In this document: positions 10,581 to 21,113 of the stretch, one piece after another
Numbering within the stretch: position 1 is the stretch's first letter
Layout: the number at the start of each line of letters is the position of its first letter
The notes under the pieces: model-generated
What the model saw: the letters and a program-made list of their open reading frames with translations, nothing else
What the model was told of the DNA's origin: nothing
Database searches by the model: none
Position numbers and translations under genes: made by a program
Assembly (NCBI RefSeq): GCF_000039765.1
Contig: NC_004459.3
Location: forward strand, 870,001 to 902,000
Origin: Vibrio vulnificus CMCP6
Lineage (GTDB): Bacteria; Pseudomonadota; Gammaproteobacteria; Enterobacterales; Vibrionaceae
Direction of reading: 5' to 3'
DNA length: 32,000 nt

Positions 10581-11196
10581 CGTCTTGCTCTTCTTCACCG
10601 GGAGCCAGCAGAATAATCTGCCCTGTGTCTTTGGCTCGTACTCGCCAACCATTTTCGGTCGCGTCCTGATCGTTGGGATAAAAAGACAATGAAAACGGCG
10701 TCAATTCTCCGCTGGATAAAATGAAAATCTGCGGCGGTCGCTGTTTTTTCTCTTTTTCTTCTTCGGCAAACATCTCTTCATCAAACAGAGAGCCCGGCTT
10801 GAACAGGCGATCGTCTTGCTGCCATGCCCCTCCCCCTAAGGTCAGTTGCATCGCTACTTCATCTTCAAGCTCGGTGGTGGCGGGGATTTTATTCAACTCC
10901 AACGTCTGCCAGCCATCGGCTTCCAATTTGAGTAAGGTGTAGCGTGATTTTTCTTCCTCGACCCGAACACCAAAGTCTTTACCACTGAGCACCGCCTCTT
11001 CGTTGAGGAGCTGTAATCGTTGGTAAAAACTCTGCGCGTATTTCTTGCCCCGCTCGTCACTGCGAGTGGGAAGGGTGGCGATAACCGCCACCGCAGTCAG
11101 AGACAACAACACCAGCACCAACAGAATTTCGATCAGTGTAAAACCCGCTAAGCGAGATGAAAAAGGTGGTTTCAAGTGGTTGCCTCTTCGACTCAA
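10573..11196 (-). CDS. epsH: Type II secretion minor pseudopilin H (GspH/EpsH)
   Basis: Prepilin motif AGFTLIEILLVLVLLSLTAVAVIATLP; start codon uncertain, a TTG near 11196 just after epsG is preferred over the ORF-track start at 11277. Confidence 0.85.
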   Translation of the reverse strand: MSRRGNHLKPPFSSRLAGFTLIEILLVLVLLSLTAVAVIATLPTRSDERGKKYAQSFYQRLQLLNEEAVLSGKDFGVRVEEEKSRYTLLKLEADGWQTLELNKIPATTELEDEVAMQLTLGGGAWQQDDRLFKPGSLFDEEMFAEEEKEKKQRPPQIFILSSGELTPFSLSFYPNDQDATENGWRVRAKDTGQIILLAPGEEEQDDG

Positions 11197-11203
11197 CGTC
11201 CTG

Positions 11204-11647
11204 TTATTGGAAGTCTTGCATGTTCCAGTTGCCAATATCTGCCGCTGCGCCTTCACCGCCTTCTTGACCATCTGCACCTAAGGTGAAGATATCAATCGTG
11301 CCTTTGTCGCCAGGGCTCATGTATTGGTACTCGTTACCCCAAGGGTCTTTTGGCAGACGCTTGATGTAACCGCCATTACGGTAGTTGCGTGGCTCTGGGC
11401 TGCTTGGCTTAGTCACCAACGCTTCCAAACCTTGATCGGTGGTTGGATACACGCTGTTGTCTAATTTGTACATGTCCAGCGCATTTTCCAACGCGACGAT
11501 GTCGGTAATGGCTTTTTGCTGGTCAGCCTTTTCTTTGTTACCTAGCAGGTTAGGGACAACGAAACTGGCCAGAATGCCCAGAATCACCACCACAACCATG
11601 ACTTCAAGCAGGGTGAAACCCGCCTGTTTTTTTGCTTTATTTTGCAT
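11204..11647 (-). CDS. epsG: Type II secretion major pseudopilin G (GspG/EpsG)
   Basis: MQNKAKKQAGFTLLEVMVVVVILGILASFVVPNLLGNKEKAD...; canonical GspG. Confidence 0.97.
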   Translation of the reverse strand: MQNKAKKQAGFTLLEVMVVVVILGILASFVVPNLLGNKEKADQQKAITDIVALENALDMYKLDNSVYPTTDQGLEALVTKPSSPEPRNYRNGGYIKRLPKDPWGNEYQYMSPGDKGTIDIFTLGADGQEGGEGAAADIGNWNMQDFQ

Positions 11648-11700
11648 TGTTTTCTCCAGAATAATGAGGCCGAATGACCAAGCCACTCAGCACCCCAAAA

Positions 11701-12918
11701 TCAGCCACTCATTAAATTATTCATTTCCAGCATCGGCATCAGTGTCGCCATCACAATGAACAACACCAATCCCGCCATTAGCGCAATCAACGCTGGGGTA
11801 AAAATACCCAACGCGATATTGACCGTCGATTCAAAACTTTGATCTTGGTTGTCCGCGGCACGCGTCAGCATGCTTTCCAACTCACCACTTTGTTCTCCAC
11901 TGGCAATCATGTGCAACATCATTGGTGGAAAAAGGCGAGTTTGATCCAAAGCTTTACGCAGACTGGCCCCTTCACGCACACTGTCTGCCGCCAATAAGAC
12001 CTGTTGTTTGACGAATTGGTTCGACATCACATCGACCGCCACACGCATCCCTTCCAAAATGGGAATCGCACTGGAGGTACAAATGGATAAGGTGCGAGCA
12101 AATCGAGCGGTGTTCAACCCTTTCGAGATTTTGCCCAGTAGCGGCAGGCTCAGTATGCGGCGATCCCACGCCATGCGAACATTGGGCTTTTTCAAGGCCG
12201 TTTTGAGTAGGTAAATGGCAAACACGATGCTTCCCAACAGCAATAATCCCCACTCTTGAACAAACTCACTCGCCGCCAATAAAAATTGCGTCGACTGTGG
12301 CAGCTCTTGACCCATTTGGATGATCGGCTCGACGATTTTGGGTACCACTGTGGCGAGCAAAAACGCCACAATCGTGACAGCAAACACCACCAATACCACC
12401 GGGTAAATCATCGCTTGCAGTAACTTAGAACGCATCTTCTGGCGATTTTCACAGTAATCGGCCAAGCGCTCTAACACCGCATCCAAATGACCCGATTTTT
12501 CCCCTGCCGCCACCATAGAGCGATACAGTTCATCAAAAATATGCGGGTAGTCTGACAGGCTGTCTGCCAAGGTGTAACCTTCGGTGACTTTGGCCCGCAC
12601 CGCTGCCAACATACCTCGAATACGAGGCTTCTCTGCTTGATCGGATACCGCTTTGAGACACTCCTCCAGCGGCATACCCGATTGCACCAGGGTCGAGATC
12701 TGACGAGTAATCAACGACAGTTCGGGAGTGGAAATGCCCCGCTTAAAGCCACCTGACGATTTGCTTTTGGCCAACTTGGCTTTGGTTTCCATCACCTCGA
12801 TGGGCACCATGCCTTGCTCTTTCAAGCGTTGGCGTACTTGGCGGGCATTGTCGCCTTCCAAGGTGCCTTTTTTGGTGCGCCCTTTTGCGTCGAGCGCTTT
12901 GTATTCAAACGCCGCCAT
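11701..12918 (-). CDS. epsF: Type II secretion inner-membrane platform protein F (GspF/EpsF)
   Basis: [32 protein letters not shown], three TM regions, ISLMLE/LLDMVALTE-type family layout. Confidence 0.97.
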   Translation of the reverse strand: MAAFEYKALDAKGRTKKGTLEGDNARQVRQRLKEQGMVPIEVMETKAKLAKSKSSGGFKRGISTPELSLITRQISTLVQSGMPLEECLKAVSDQAEKPRIRGMLAAVRAKVTEGYTLADSLSDYPHIFDELYRSMVAAGEKSGHLDAVLERLADYCENRQKMRSKLLQAMIYPVVLVVFAVTIVAFLLATVVPKIVEPIIQMGQELPQSTQFLLAASEFVQEWGLLLLGSIVFAIYLLKTALKKPNVRMAWDRRILSLPLLGKISKGLNTARFARTLSICTSSAIPILEGMRVAVDVMSNQFVKQQVLLAADSVREGASLRKALDQTRLFPPMMLHMIASGEQSGELESMLTRAADNQDQSFESTVNIALGIFTPALIALMAGLVLFIVMATLMPMLEMNNLMSG

Positions 12919-14417
12919 TAAGATTCCTTGGTCACGCGCATCACTTCTTCCAGTGACGTCACGCCTTGCAACACTTTGTCTAAACCGTCGCTGCGAATGC
13001 TCGGGGTATGTTCACGAATGTATTTGTCCATCGCCTGCTCTCCCGCTTCAGCATGGATCAGCTCTTGAACTTTATCGTCCACCATCAACAGCTCATGGAT
13101 ACCGGTACGGCCACGATAACCTTTGTGGTTACATTTTTCACATCCCTTGGCACGATATAAGGTCAGCGCATCTTTCTTCTTCGCGCCAAACAGTTTGCGC
13201 TGCTCTTTGTCCGCCTCGTACGGTTCTTTACAGTCTTGGCATAAAGTCCGTACCAGGCGCTGAGCCAGCACGCCCAGCAGTGAAGAAGAGATCAAAAAGG
13301 GCTCAATGCCCATGTCACGCAGACGGGTAATTGCACCTACGGCGGTGTTGGTGTGCAAGGTTGACATCACCAAGTGACCGGTCAATGACGCTTGTACGGC
13401 AATTTGCGCGGTTTCCAAGTCACGAATTTCCCCGACCATCACCACGTCTGGGTCTTGACGCAAAATGGCTCGCAGACCACGAGCAAAGGTCATGTCGACT
13501 TTTGGGTTCACTTGGGTTTGGCCGATACCATCAATATCAAATTCGATCGGGTCTTCCACCGTTAAGATGTTGCGCTCGTTGCTGTTCAGCTCTTGCAGGC
13601 CAGCGTACAAGGTGGTGGATTTACCCGAACCCGTTGGACCTGTGACCAAGATAATGCCGTGAGGACGCGAGATAAGATGACGGAAATTGTCGTGGTTCAC
13701 CGGTGTCATGCCTAGGCTATGCAGGTCAAGACGAGTGGCGTTTTTATCCAGCAAACGCATCACCACACGCTCGCCGTGTGATGAAGGCATGGTCGATACA
13801 CGCACATCGACAGCGCGACCACCGATACGCAGTGAAATACGGCCATCTTGTGGCACACGTTTTTCTGCAATATCCAGTTTGGCCATAACTTTAACACGTG
13901 ACACCAACAGCGGCGCCAGTTTGCGACTCGGAGACAGTACATCGCGCAAAACGCCATCGACGCGGAAACGAATCGACAGAATTTTCTCGAACGTTTCGAT
14001 GTGAATATCCGACGCCCCTTCTTTGATCGCTTCGCCCAACATGGCGTTGATCAATTTGATGATCGGCGCATCGTCTTCCGTTTCGAGCAAATCTTCATCT
14101 TGCGGCAACTCTTCAGCCAAAGAGAAGAAGTCATCATCCGAGCCAATGTCCTCCATCAGCTGACGCGCTTCTGACGAGTCGCGTTGGTACGCTTCGGTCA
14201 GTTTTTTTTCAAACGCTTCAGCGGCAATGGCTTGAGGGACAAACGTCTGTTTGAGCACACGACGCACTTCAACTAACGCCTGCGCATTGAGAGGCTCAAC
14301 GTAGTAAAGTACCGGCGGCCTTTCTGGGTGCTCGACTTCCAGCACCATTTTAAAGCGGTTAGCAAAACTAAACGGTAAACGGCGATACGATGGCGCCGTA
14401 TCCAGTATATCTACCAT
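12918..14417 (-). CDS. epsE: Type II secretion ATPase E (GspE/EpsE)
   Basis: Walker [16 protein letters not shown], Asp/His boxes, Walker [11 protein letters not shown], CxxC...CxxC zinc domain (CQDC...CEKC). Confidence 0.98.
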
Positions 14418-16438
14418 TACTGCTGTTCCATTTGATCGATAAAGGCTTGAATTTCAGCCGGATGGCGTTTGTCTTCACCAAATTTCGGCAACACAGGAAT
14501 GTGGCCATCATCCATCAATTTAAGGCCCTGATCCGCTTTGTAAAGCTGTTCGGCGCGAATGTAGTTGTACTTACGCTGGGTAATACCATCGGCCGTCATG
14601 CCATCACGAATGATAGTTGGCTTGATGAACACCATCAGGTTTTTCTTTTCAACTTGAGTATTGGTTGATTTAAACAAATGCCCCAGCACGGGAATATCCC
14701 CTAGCAGTGGCACTTTTGATTCACTCTCTAGCGCACGTTCATCAATCAAGCCGCCGAGCACCAACATTTGGCCATCTTGCACAATCACCGAGGTATTGAG
14801 CTGACGCTTAGCAAAACGTACGTCCACCGCGCCATTGGCACCCAAAACGTTTGACACTTCCTGTTCAATATTCAGTTGAACCGAGTCGCCTTCGTTAATT
14901 TGTGGCACCACTTTAAGCTTGATGCCCACTTCTTTGCGGTCAACGGTTTGGAATGGGTTGTCGTTATTGGACCCCGCTGTGGAGCCTGTGATGACCGGTA
15001 CTTCTTCACCCACAATAAATGAGGCTTCACCGTTATCCATTACGGTAATACTTGGGGAAGACAGGATATTTGAGTTGGAATCACTCGATACCGCGCTAAT
15101 CAACGCCGTCCAGTCACCCATCACGACACTGAGGGCCGCGCCATTGACCTTAGACAATGCAGAAGCCAGTGTTGAATAGTCCCCTTTTTCAGTGTACTGA
15201 CGATCCACCCACTGATTTTTATCTGGATCCCAACGGCTTTCAGTCTTAGTTGTATCCTTTGCTTCCTCTAGACCAATCATTACTTGGCCAATCGATGCCC
15301 CTGTATTACTGTACTGGATCATCGCACCCGTTTCCAGGTTACCCCATTGCACACCCAAGTTCACACCATCGCCCTCTGCCATTTCGACAATCAAGGCTTC
15401 AATCAGCACTTGTGCACGGCGAATATCTAACTGGGTAATCACATCTTGCAGCGCCAACATAATATCGGGTGGCGCAGTCAATACCAGTGAGTTGGTGCCT
15501 TGATGCGCGGCGATCACCACATCGTTGCGCTGTGAAGACGCGCCCTTTTGACCAGAGTTTTTCTCTGCTTGTAAGTTGTCTGAGACCCCTTTCAATACGT
15601 CGACTAAGTCTTCCGCTTTGGCGTACTTGAGGTAAACAACACGGTTGTTGCCTTTGCTCGCCATTTCCACATCAAGTTGGCGAATCAAACGCTTCAAGCG
15701 ATCACGCACTTTGGGATCACCCGAAATCAAAATCGAGTTGGTGCGCTCATCGGCCACCAATTTTGGCTGCAAAAATTCTGGGGTGTTTTTCGCATCGGTA
15801 GTGCGGTTTAGCGCATCAACAATACGGACCATTTCCGCCGCCGACGCATTACCTAGCTCTACCACTTCGATTTCGGTATCGCCCGCTTGGTCCACACGTT
15901 TGATGATTTCTGCCAAACGATTCACCACCGCTGCACGGCCCGTGATCAAGATGATATTGGCCGGATCATAGTGCACCACGTTACCAGCGCCCGCATTATC
16001 AATCAGTTGGCGTAGCAAAGGAGACAGCTCTCGCACGGAGACATTGCGCACCGCAACCACGCGTGTAATGACATTGTCGCCCTTCACGGTGTCATCACTG
16101 ACCACGGGAATGGCGGAGGTTTTGGAATCTTTGGATTTGACGACTTTCAGTACGCCATTTTCCATTTCAACCACCGCGTAGCCATACACTTCAAGTACGT
16201 TTAGGAAAAAGCTGTAGTACTGCTCTTCATTTAATACGTCGTAGCTGCGTACATCAATTTTGCCTCGCACCGAAGGGTCGACAATGATGGTCTTTTCTAA
16301 GTTTCGACCGACAATATTGATGAACTCTTGAATATCGGTGCCTTTAAAGCTTGCACTAAACTCGTTTGCCAGCACGCCGCTTGAGCAGGCTAAGGTACCT
16401 GCGAGTAACCAAGCGCTTTTGCTAAACCAATGTTTCAC
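14417..16438 (-). CDS. epsD: Type II secretion secretin D (GspD/EpsD)
   Basis: Signal peptide, N-domains and secretin domain ([34 protein letters not shown]). Confidence 0.97.
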   Translation of the reverse strand: MKHWFSKSAWLLAGTLACSSGVLANEFSASFKGTDIQEFINIVGRNLEKTIIVDPSVRGKIDVRSYDVLNEEQYYSFFLNVLEVYGYAVVEMENGVLKVVKSKDSKTSAIPVVSDDTVKGDNVITRVVAVRNVSVRELSPLLRQLIDNAGAGNVVHYDPANIILITGRAAVVNRLAEIIKRVDQAGDTEIEVVELGNASAAEMVRIVDALNRTTDAKNTPEFLQPKLVADERTNSILISGDPKVRDRLKRLIRQLDVEMASKGNNRVVYLKYAKAEDLVDVLKGVSDNLQAEKNSGQKGASSQRNDVVIAAHQGTNSLVLTAPPDIMLALQDVITQLDIRRAQVLIEALIVEMAEGDGVNLGVQWGNLETGAMIQYSNTGASIGQVMIGLEEAKDTTKTESRWDPDKNQWVDRQYTEKGDYSTLASALSKVNGAALSVVMGDWTALISAVSSDSNSNILSSPSITVMDNGEASFIVGEEVPVITGSTAGSNNDNPFQTVDRKEVGIKLKVVPQINEGDSVQLNIEQEVSNVLGANGAVDVRFAKRQLNTSVIVQDGQMLVLGGLIDERALESESKVPLLGDIPVLGHLFKSTNTQVEKKNLMVFIKPTIIRDGMTADGITQRKYNYIRAEQLYKADQGLKLMDDGHIPVLPKFGEDKRHPAEIQAFIDQMEQQ

Positions 16439-16474
16439 GTTTATCTCCCTGAACTTACGCTTTGAGCCTAAGTG

Positions 16475-17404
16475 TTAAAACTGGATGTAAATATCATGCT
16501 GCTGTCCGTCTCGTTCCACCGTGAGGTTCAACTCGGTGAGCTCTGAAACAGCATTAAAAATTTTGCCCATGGCGGCTGGGTCGGTGAGATCATTGCCATT
16601 TAACTGCACAGCAATGTCCCCATCTTGTAACCCAACGGCTTCAAACAGTTGTGGGCTTTTTCCCGGACTCACGCGATAACCAATCACTTTGTCTTCTTGC
16701 TTCACTTGAGACAAACGCACGTATTGGAAAATCTTCTGCGGATCGGCGGTAATTTCTTCTCGAATTTGCGCTAGCTGCTCATCCGTATCTGGCGGGTTAT
16801 TCTTAGCGATCGTCGATGACGGAATGACACGCGGAGTAGATTCAGACAATTTCTTGTATTCCACGCCTTCAAGCATCAGGGTCTCGTCACGCCCTTCATT
16901 ATCGATGATCACACGATCAACCAGAACTGCTTTTAACTTAGCGCGAGTGCCTTCGATTTCTTCCCCAACCCCGTAGGTTGCTTGCTGACCACGGTTGGCG
17001 ATAACGGCCAAGCTGGTTTGAGGATTGCTGCTCGCCACCGCCCCAACTAACACCAAATTTAGCCGCGTTTTAGGCGCGTCTTGCACCACCGGCTGGCTGA
17101 CAACAGGCTTAGGTTTATTCTCGTTGTAAACCCCAAACAAATTGATGGCTTGCAGATCGGCGAGGTTTAATCGCTCACCTTGTTTACCTTGTGCGTTTTG
17201 CTGCGGTGCAGGTCGCCAAGCGACGATCTGCGTATTGCTCTCTTGTGTTAGCCAGACGACTTGCCCTAAAGTCCAGCCTGTCAAAGCCACCAGCACGCCT
17301 GCTAATAAAGCACTCGCTCGACTCTGAATCATGCCGTTGTTAGCAATCATCCGCGTCAGCAATGGGCTATTGGCCAATCCGGCACTCAGCTCTGATGGTT
17401 TCAC
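16475..17404 (-). CDS. epsC: Type II secretion protein C (GspC/EpsC)
   Basis: N-terminal TM, HR domain (LNLVLVGAVASSNPQTSLAVI) and C-terminal PDZ-like region; first gene of operon. Confidence 0.94.
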   Translation of the reverse strand: MKPSELSAGLANSPLLTRMIANNGMIQSRASALLAGVLVALTGWTLGQVVWLTQESNTQIVAWRPAPQQNAQGKQGERLNLADLQAINLFGVYNENKPKPVVSQPVVQDAPKTRLNLVLVGAVASSNPQTSLAVIANRGQQATYGVGEEIEGTRAKLKAVLVDRVIIDNEGRDETLMLEGVEYKKLSESTPRVIPSSTIAKNNPPDTDEQLAQIREEITADPQKIFQYVRLSQVKQEDKVIGYRVSPGKSPQLFEAVGLQDGDIAVQLNGNDLTDPAAMGKIFNAVSELTELNLTVERDGQQHDIYIQF

Positions 17405-17734
17405 TCAATCGGTTCCTTTCACTGTTTAAATTTTGCGCTTTCACTTTCTTTGCTTGAACGCACTGCGATTTATCTTTCTTTATTCGACTGAAGATAATCG
17501 CTCGCACTTTTCCTGATCAAGGTGGAAAAATGCTCTCCTAAAACAGCACGTTATGCTGTTGTTGCGTCGATAAATCTCGCTTCGACACAGAGCTTTGCAC
17601 TATATCACAGCTTGCTTGTGACACGCCTCTCTGATTCCGATTTTGCCAACTGCCTTGAAAAATTTGCGGTAAGTCACCATTGTAAAGTGCAAGATTCAAT
17701 CATTCACAGCAGTGATTAGAGAGTAAAAGTGACC

Positions 17735-18121
17735 ATGAGTTCCCCAAATGAAGCCGTTAGGCTCGATAAATGGCTGTGGGCTGCAAGATTTTACAAAACC
17801 CGTTCAATCGCTCGCGATATGGTCGATGGCGGTAAAGTCCACTATAATGGCCAACGTGCAAAGCCCAGTAAGATTGTCGAAGTGGGCGCGGTATTGAAAC
17901 TTCGCCAAGGCAATGAAGAAAAAACGGTTGTGATAGAAAAGCTATCCACTCAGCGACGTGGCGCACCAGAAGCACAAACGCTCTATAGCGAAACGCAAGA
18001 GAGCCAAGCAAAGCGAGAAGCACAAGCAATGCAACGTAAACTCAACGCGCATAACCCAAGTCCAGATCGCCGCCCAGATAAAAAGCAGCGCCGCGACATT
18101 ATCAAATTTAAACACCAGTAA
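17735..18121 (+). CDS. hslR: Ribosome-associated heat shock protein Hsp15
   Basis: S4 domain RLDKWLWAARFYKTRSIARDMVDGGKVHYNGQRAKPSK; ATG preferred over the GTG at 17729. Confidence 0.93.
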   Translation: MSSPNEAVRLDKWLWAARFYKTRSIARDMVDGGKVHYNGQRAKPSKIVEVGAVLKLRQGNEEKTVVIEKLSTQRRGAPEAQTLYSETQESQAKREAQAMQRKLNAHNPSPDRRPDKKQRRDIIKFKHQ

Positions 18122-18152
18122 AAGCCGGAAAATACCTACGAGGAATCGCTAA

Positions 18153-19028
18153 ATGGCAAGCAATGTTTTGAATCGCTACTTATTTGAAGATCTTTCAGTA
18201 CGTGGCGAGTTGGTACAACTGGATGAAGCGTATCAGCGAATTATTTCTAGCAAGGATTATCCGGCAGCCCTACAAAAACTGCTTGGTGAGCTATTGGTTT
18301 CTACCACTCTTCTGACTGCAACTTTAAAGTTTGAAGGCTCAATCACGATTCAGCTACAAGGTGATGGCCCTGTTTCACTGGCTGTGATCAATGGTGACAA
18401 TGAGCAGAAAATCCGCGGTGTGGCTCGCTGGGAAGGCCATATTGCCGACGACGCGACCCTACACGATATGATGGGCAAAGGTTATATGGTCATCACCATC
18501 GAACCGAAAAAAGGCGAGCGTTACCAAGGTATCGTTGGCCTAGAAGGTGACAACCTTGAGCAAGTTCTGGAAGGCTATTTTGAACGCTCTGAGCAGTTGA
18601 AAACCCGCATCTGGATCCGTACGGGCGAGCACGAAGGCAAAGCACACGCAGCGGGTATGCTGATTCAAGTCATGCCTGACGGTACTGGTTCAGAAAATGA
18701 TTTTGAGCATCTGGAGCAATTGACCAATACGGTGAAAAACGAAGAGTTGTTCACGCTACCAGCAAACGAGCTACTTTACCGTCTCTACAATCAAGAGCAA
18801 GTGCGTCTGTTTGAACCGCAAAATGTCGAGTTCCGTTGTGGTTGCTCACGTGAACGCAGTGGCGCGGCGATCGTGACCGTCGACAAAAATGAAATTTATG
18901 ACATTTTGGCATCTGATGGATCCGTTTCTTTACATTGTGATTACTGCGGCACGACTTATTCGTTTGATGAATCTGACGTCAACAAGTTGTACGAAGAGGC
19001 AGCATCGGAGCCAAAAACGCTGCATTAA
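18153..19028 (+). CDS. hslO: Hsp33 redox-regulated chaperone
   Basis: C-terminal redox zinc motif CGCSRERS...CDYCG; follows hslR. Confidence 0.96.
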
Positions 19029-19063
19029 TTTACCCGCTTTACCAAGCACGTAATTTACCCATC

Positions 19064-19091
19064 AAAAGGCCAGCTTATGCTGGCCTTTTTG
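19064..19091 (+). terminator. Rho-independent terminator after hslO
   Basis: AAAAGGCCAGC-TTAT-GCTGGCCTTTTTG. Confidence 0.85.
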
Positions 19092-19361
19092 TGATCAAAA
19101 CCCGATAAAACATGGGTTTATACGTAATTAAATAACCCCTTAATTTTTGGCAATTAATAATTCTTTTGATCTAGCGCAAAGGTTTGCGTGCGCGATAAAC
19201 TATCTCAGCCAATATGTGACGGGACACCTAAAACCATAGGAAAATTAAGGGTAATTTTTGAACTATATCCCTGTTTTCTCCCCCACCCGTTGTTAGCATG
19301 GTGAGCAGAAAAATTAATAAATTCTTACAAAATCCCTACAAAAATCCTATAAGGAGCACCT

Positions 19362-20990
19362 ATGACCGTTATGGAACATACAAAGGCTGCATCAATTGAT
19401 CTAACCAAGCATGGTCTTCGCAACGTAAAAGAGGTTGTGCGCAACCCAAGTTACGAAATGCTGTTTGCAGAAGAGACTCGAGCTGATCTCGAAGGCTACG
19501 AAAAAGGCGTAGTGACAGAGCTCGGCGCGGTGGCTGTAGACACAGGCATCTTCACTGGCCGCTCACCAAAAGACAAATACATTGTGAAAGATGCGACAAC
19601 CGAAGAACATATGTGGTGGACAACACCAGCCGTCCCGAACGATAACAAGCCAATCACACAAGAAGTGTGGAATGACCTAAAACAACTGGTCACTAACCAG
19701 CTTTCTGGCAAGCGCGTTTTTGTCATTGATGGTTATTGTGGTGCCAACCCTGATACCCGTCTTAGCATTCGAGTCATCACCGAAGTGGCGTGGCAAGCGC
19801 ATTTCGTTAAGAACATGTTCATCCGCCCAACCGAAGAAGAATTGGCCAGCTTTGAGCCTGATTTCGTGGTGATGAACGGTGCAAAATGCACCAACCAAAA
19901 GTGGAAAGAGCACGGTCTGAACTCTGAAAACTTCACGGTGTTTAACCTAACTGAGCGCATGCAGTTGATCGGCGGTACTTGGTACGGCGGTGAGATGAAG
20001 AAAGGCATGTTCGCGATGATGAACTACTTCCTGCCTCTTAAAGGCATTGCGTCGATGCACTGTTCTGCCAACATGGGCAAAGAAGGTGATGTGGCGATCT
20101 TCTTCGGTCTATCTGGTACGGGTAAAACAACGCTGTCGACCGATCCAAAACGCGCGCTGATTGGCGATGACGAGCACGGCTGGGATGACGACGGTGTGTT
20201 TAACTTCGAAGGTGGTTGTTACGCGAAAACCATCAAGCTGTCGAAAGAAGCTGAGCCTGATATTTACAATGCCATCCGCCGCGATGCACTGCTTGAAAAC
20301 GTAACTGTTCGCAATGACGGCTCGATCAACTTTGATGATGGTTCGAAAACCGAGAACACTCGCGTTTCTTACCCAATCCATCACATTGAAAACATCGTTA
20401 AGCCAGTATCAAAAGGCGGTCATGCCAACAAAGTGATCTTCCTTTCTGCCGATGCGTTTGGCGTGTTACCTCCGGTGTCTAAACTGACCCCAGAACAAAC
20501 TAAGTATCACTTCCTATCTGGCTTTACTGCGAAGTTGGCTGGTACTGAGCGTGGTATTACTGAACCAACACCAACTTTCTCTGCGTGTTTTGGTGCCGCG
20601 TTCCTGACGCTTCACCCAACCAAGTACGCTGAAGTACTGGTAAAACGTATGGAAGAAGCAGGGGCAGAAGCCTACCTCGTCAATACCGGTTGGAACGGTA
20701 GCGGCAAGCGTATCTCAATCCAAGATACGCGCGGTATTATCGATGCGATCCTTGATGGTTCTATTGAAGAAGCGCCAACCAAACACGTGCCTATCTTCAA
20801 TCTAGAAGTACCAACATCACTTCCTGGTGTGGATCCAACCATCCTTGATCCACGTGACACTTACGTTGACCCGCTACAGTGGGAAAGCAAAGCGCAAGAT
20901 CTTGCTCAACGCTTTATCAACAACTTCGCTAAGTACACCGACAACGCGGAAGGTCAATCACTTGTGGCTGCAGGCCCACAACTCGATTAG
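19362..20990 (+). CDS. pckA: Phosphoenolpyruvate carboxykinase (ATP)
   Basis: [14 protein letters not shown]-loop, [30 protein letters not shown]. Confidence 0.98.
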   Translation: MTVMEHTKAASIDLTKHGLRNVKEVVRNPSYEMLFAEETRADLEGYEKGVVTELGAVAVDTGIFTGRSPKDKYIVKDATTEEHMWWTTPAVPNDNKPITQEVWNDLKQLVTNQLSGKRVFVIDGYCGANPDTRLSIRVITEVAWQAHFVKNMFIRPTEEELASFEPDFVVMNGAKCTNQKWKEHGLNSENFTVFNLTERMQLIGGTWYGGEMKKGMFAMMNYFLPLKGIASMHCSANMGKEGDVAIFFGLSGTGKTTLSTDPKRALIGDDEHGWDDDGVFNFEGGCYAKTIKLSKEAEPDIYNAIRRDALLENVTVRNDGSINFDDGSKTENTRVSYPIHHIENIVKPVSKGGHANKVIFLSADAFGVLPPVSKLTPEQTKYHFLSGFTAKLAGTERGITEPTPTFSACFGAAFLTLHPTKYAEVLVKRMEEAGAEAYLVNTGWNGSGKRISIQDTRGIIDAILDGSIEEAPTKHVPIFNLEVPTSLPGVDPTILDPRDTYVDPLQWESKAQDLAQRFINNFAKYTDNAEGQSLVAAGPQLD

Positions 20991-21015
20991 TGACCTAGCT
21001 ACGAAAAGCAAACTT

Positions 21016-21041
21016 AAGCCCCTCACCTGAGGGGCTTTTTT
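21016..21041 (+). terminator. Rho-independent terminator after pckA
   Basis: AAGCCCCTCA-CC-TGAGGGGCTTTTTT. Confidence 0.85.
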
Positions 21042-21113
21042 ATTGAATCGTTGCGAAAATTAAGCCAAGCTTATCTGCACTTATTTGCAAACGTTAGTGA
21101 TCAGTAGGCAGGG

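Noticed and set aside
12728-13330. 200-aa plus-strand ORF
   Set aside because: Antisense to the highly conserved epsF/epsE coding region; its translation has no recognisable motif. Long antisense frames are expected in such sequence.
17606-17624. TCACAGCTTGCTTGTGA dyad as a possible CRP site
   Set aside because: The half-sites are in the opposite orientation and spacing to the CRP consensus TGTGA-N6-TCACA.
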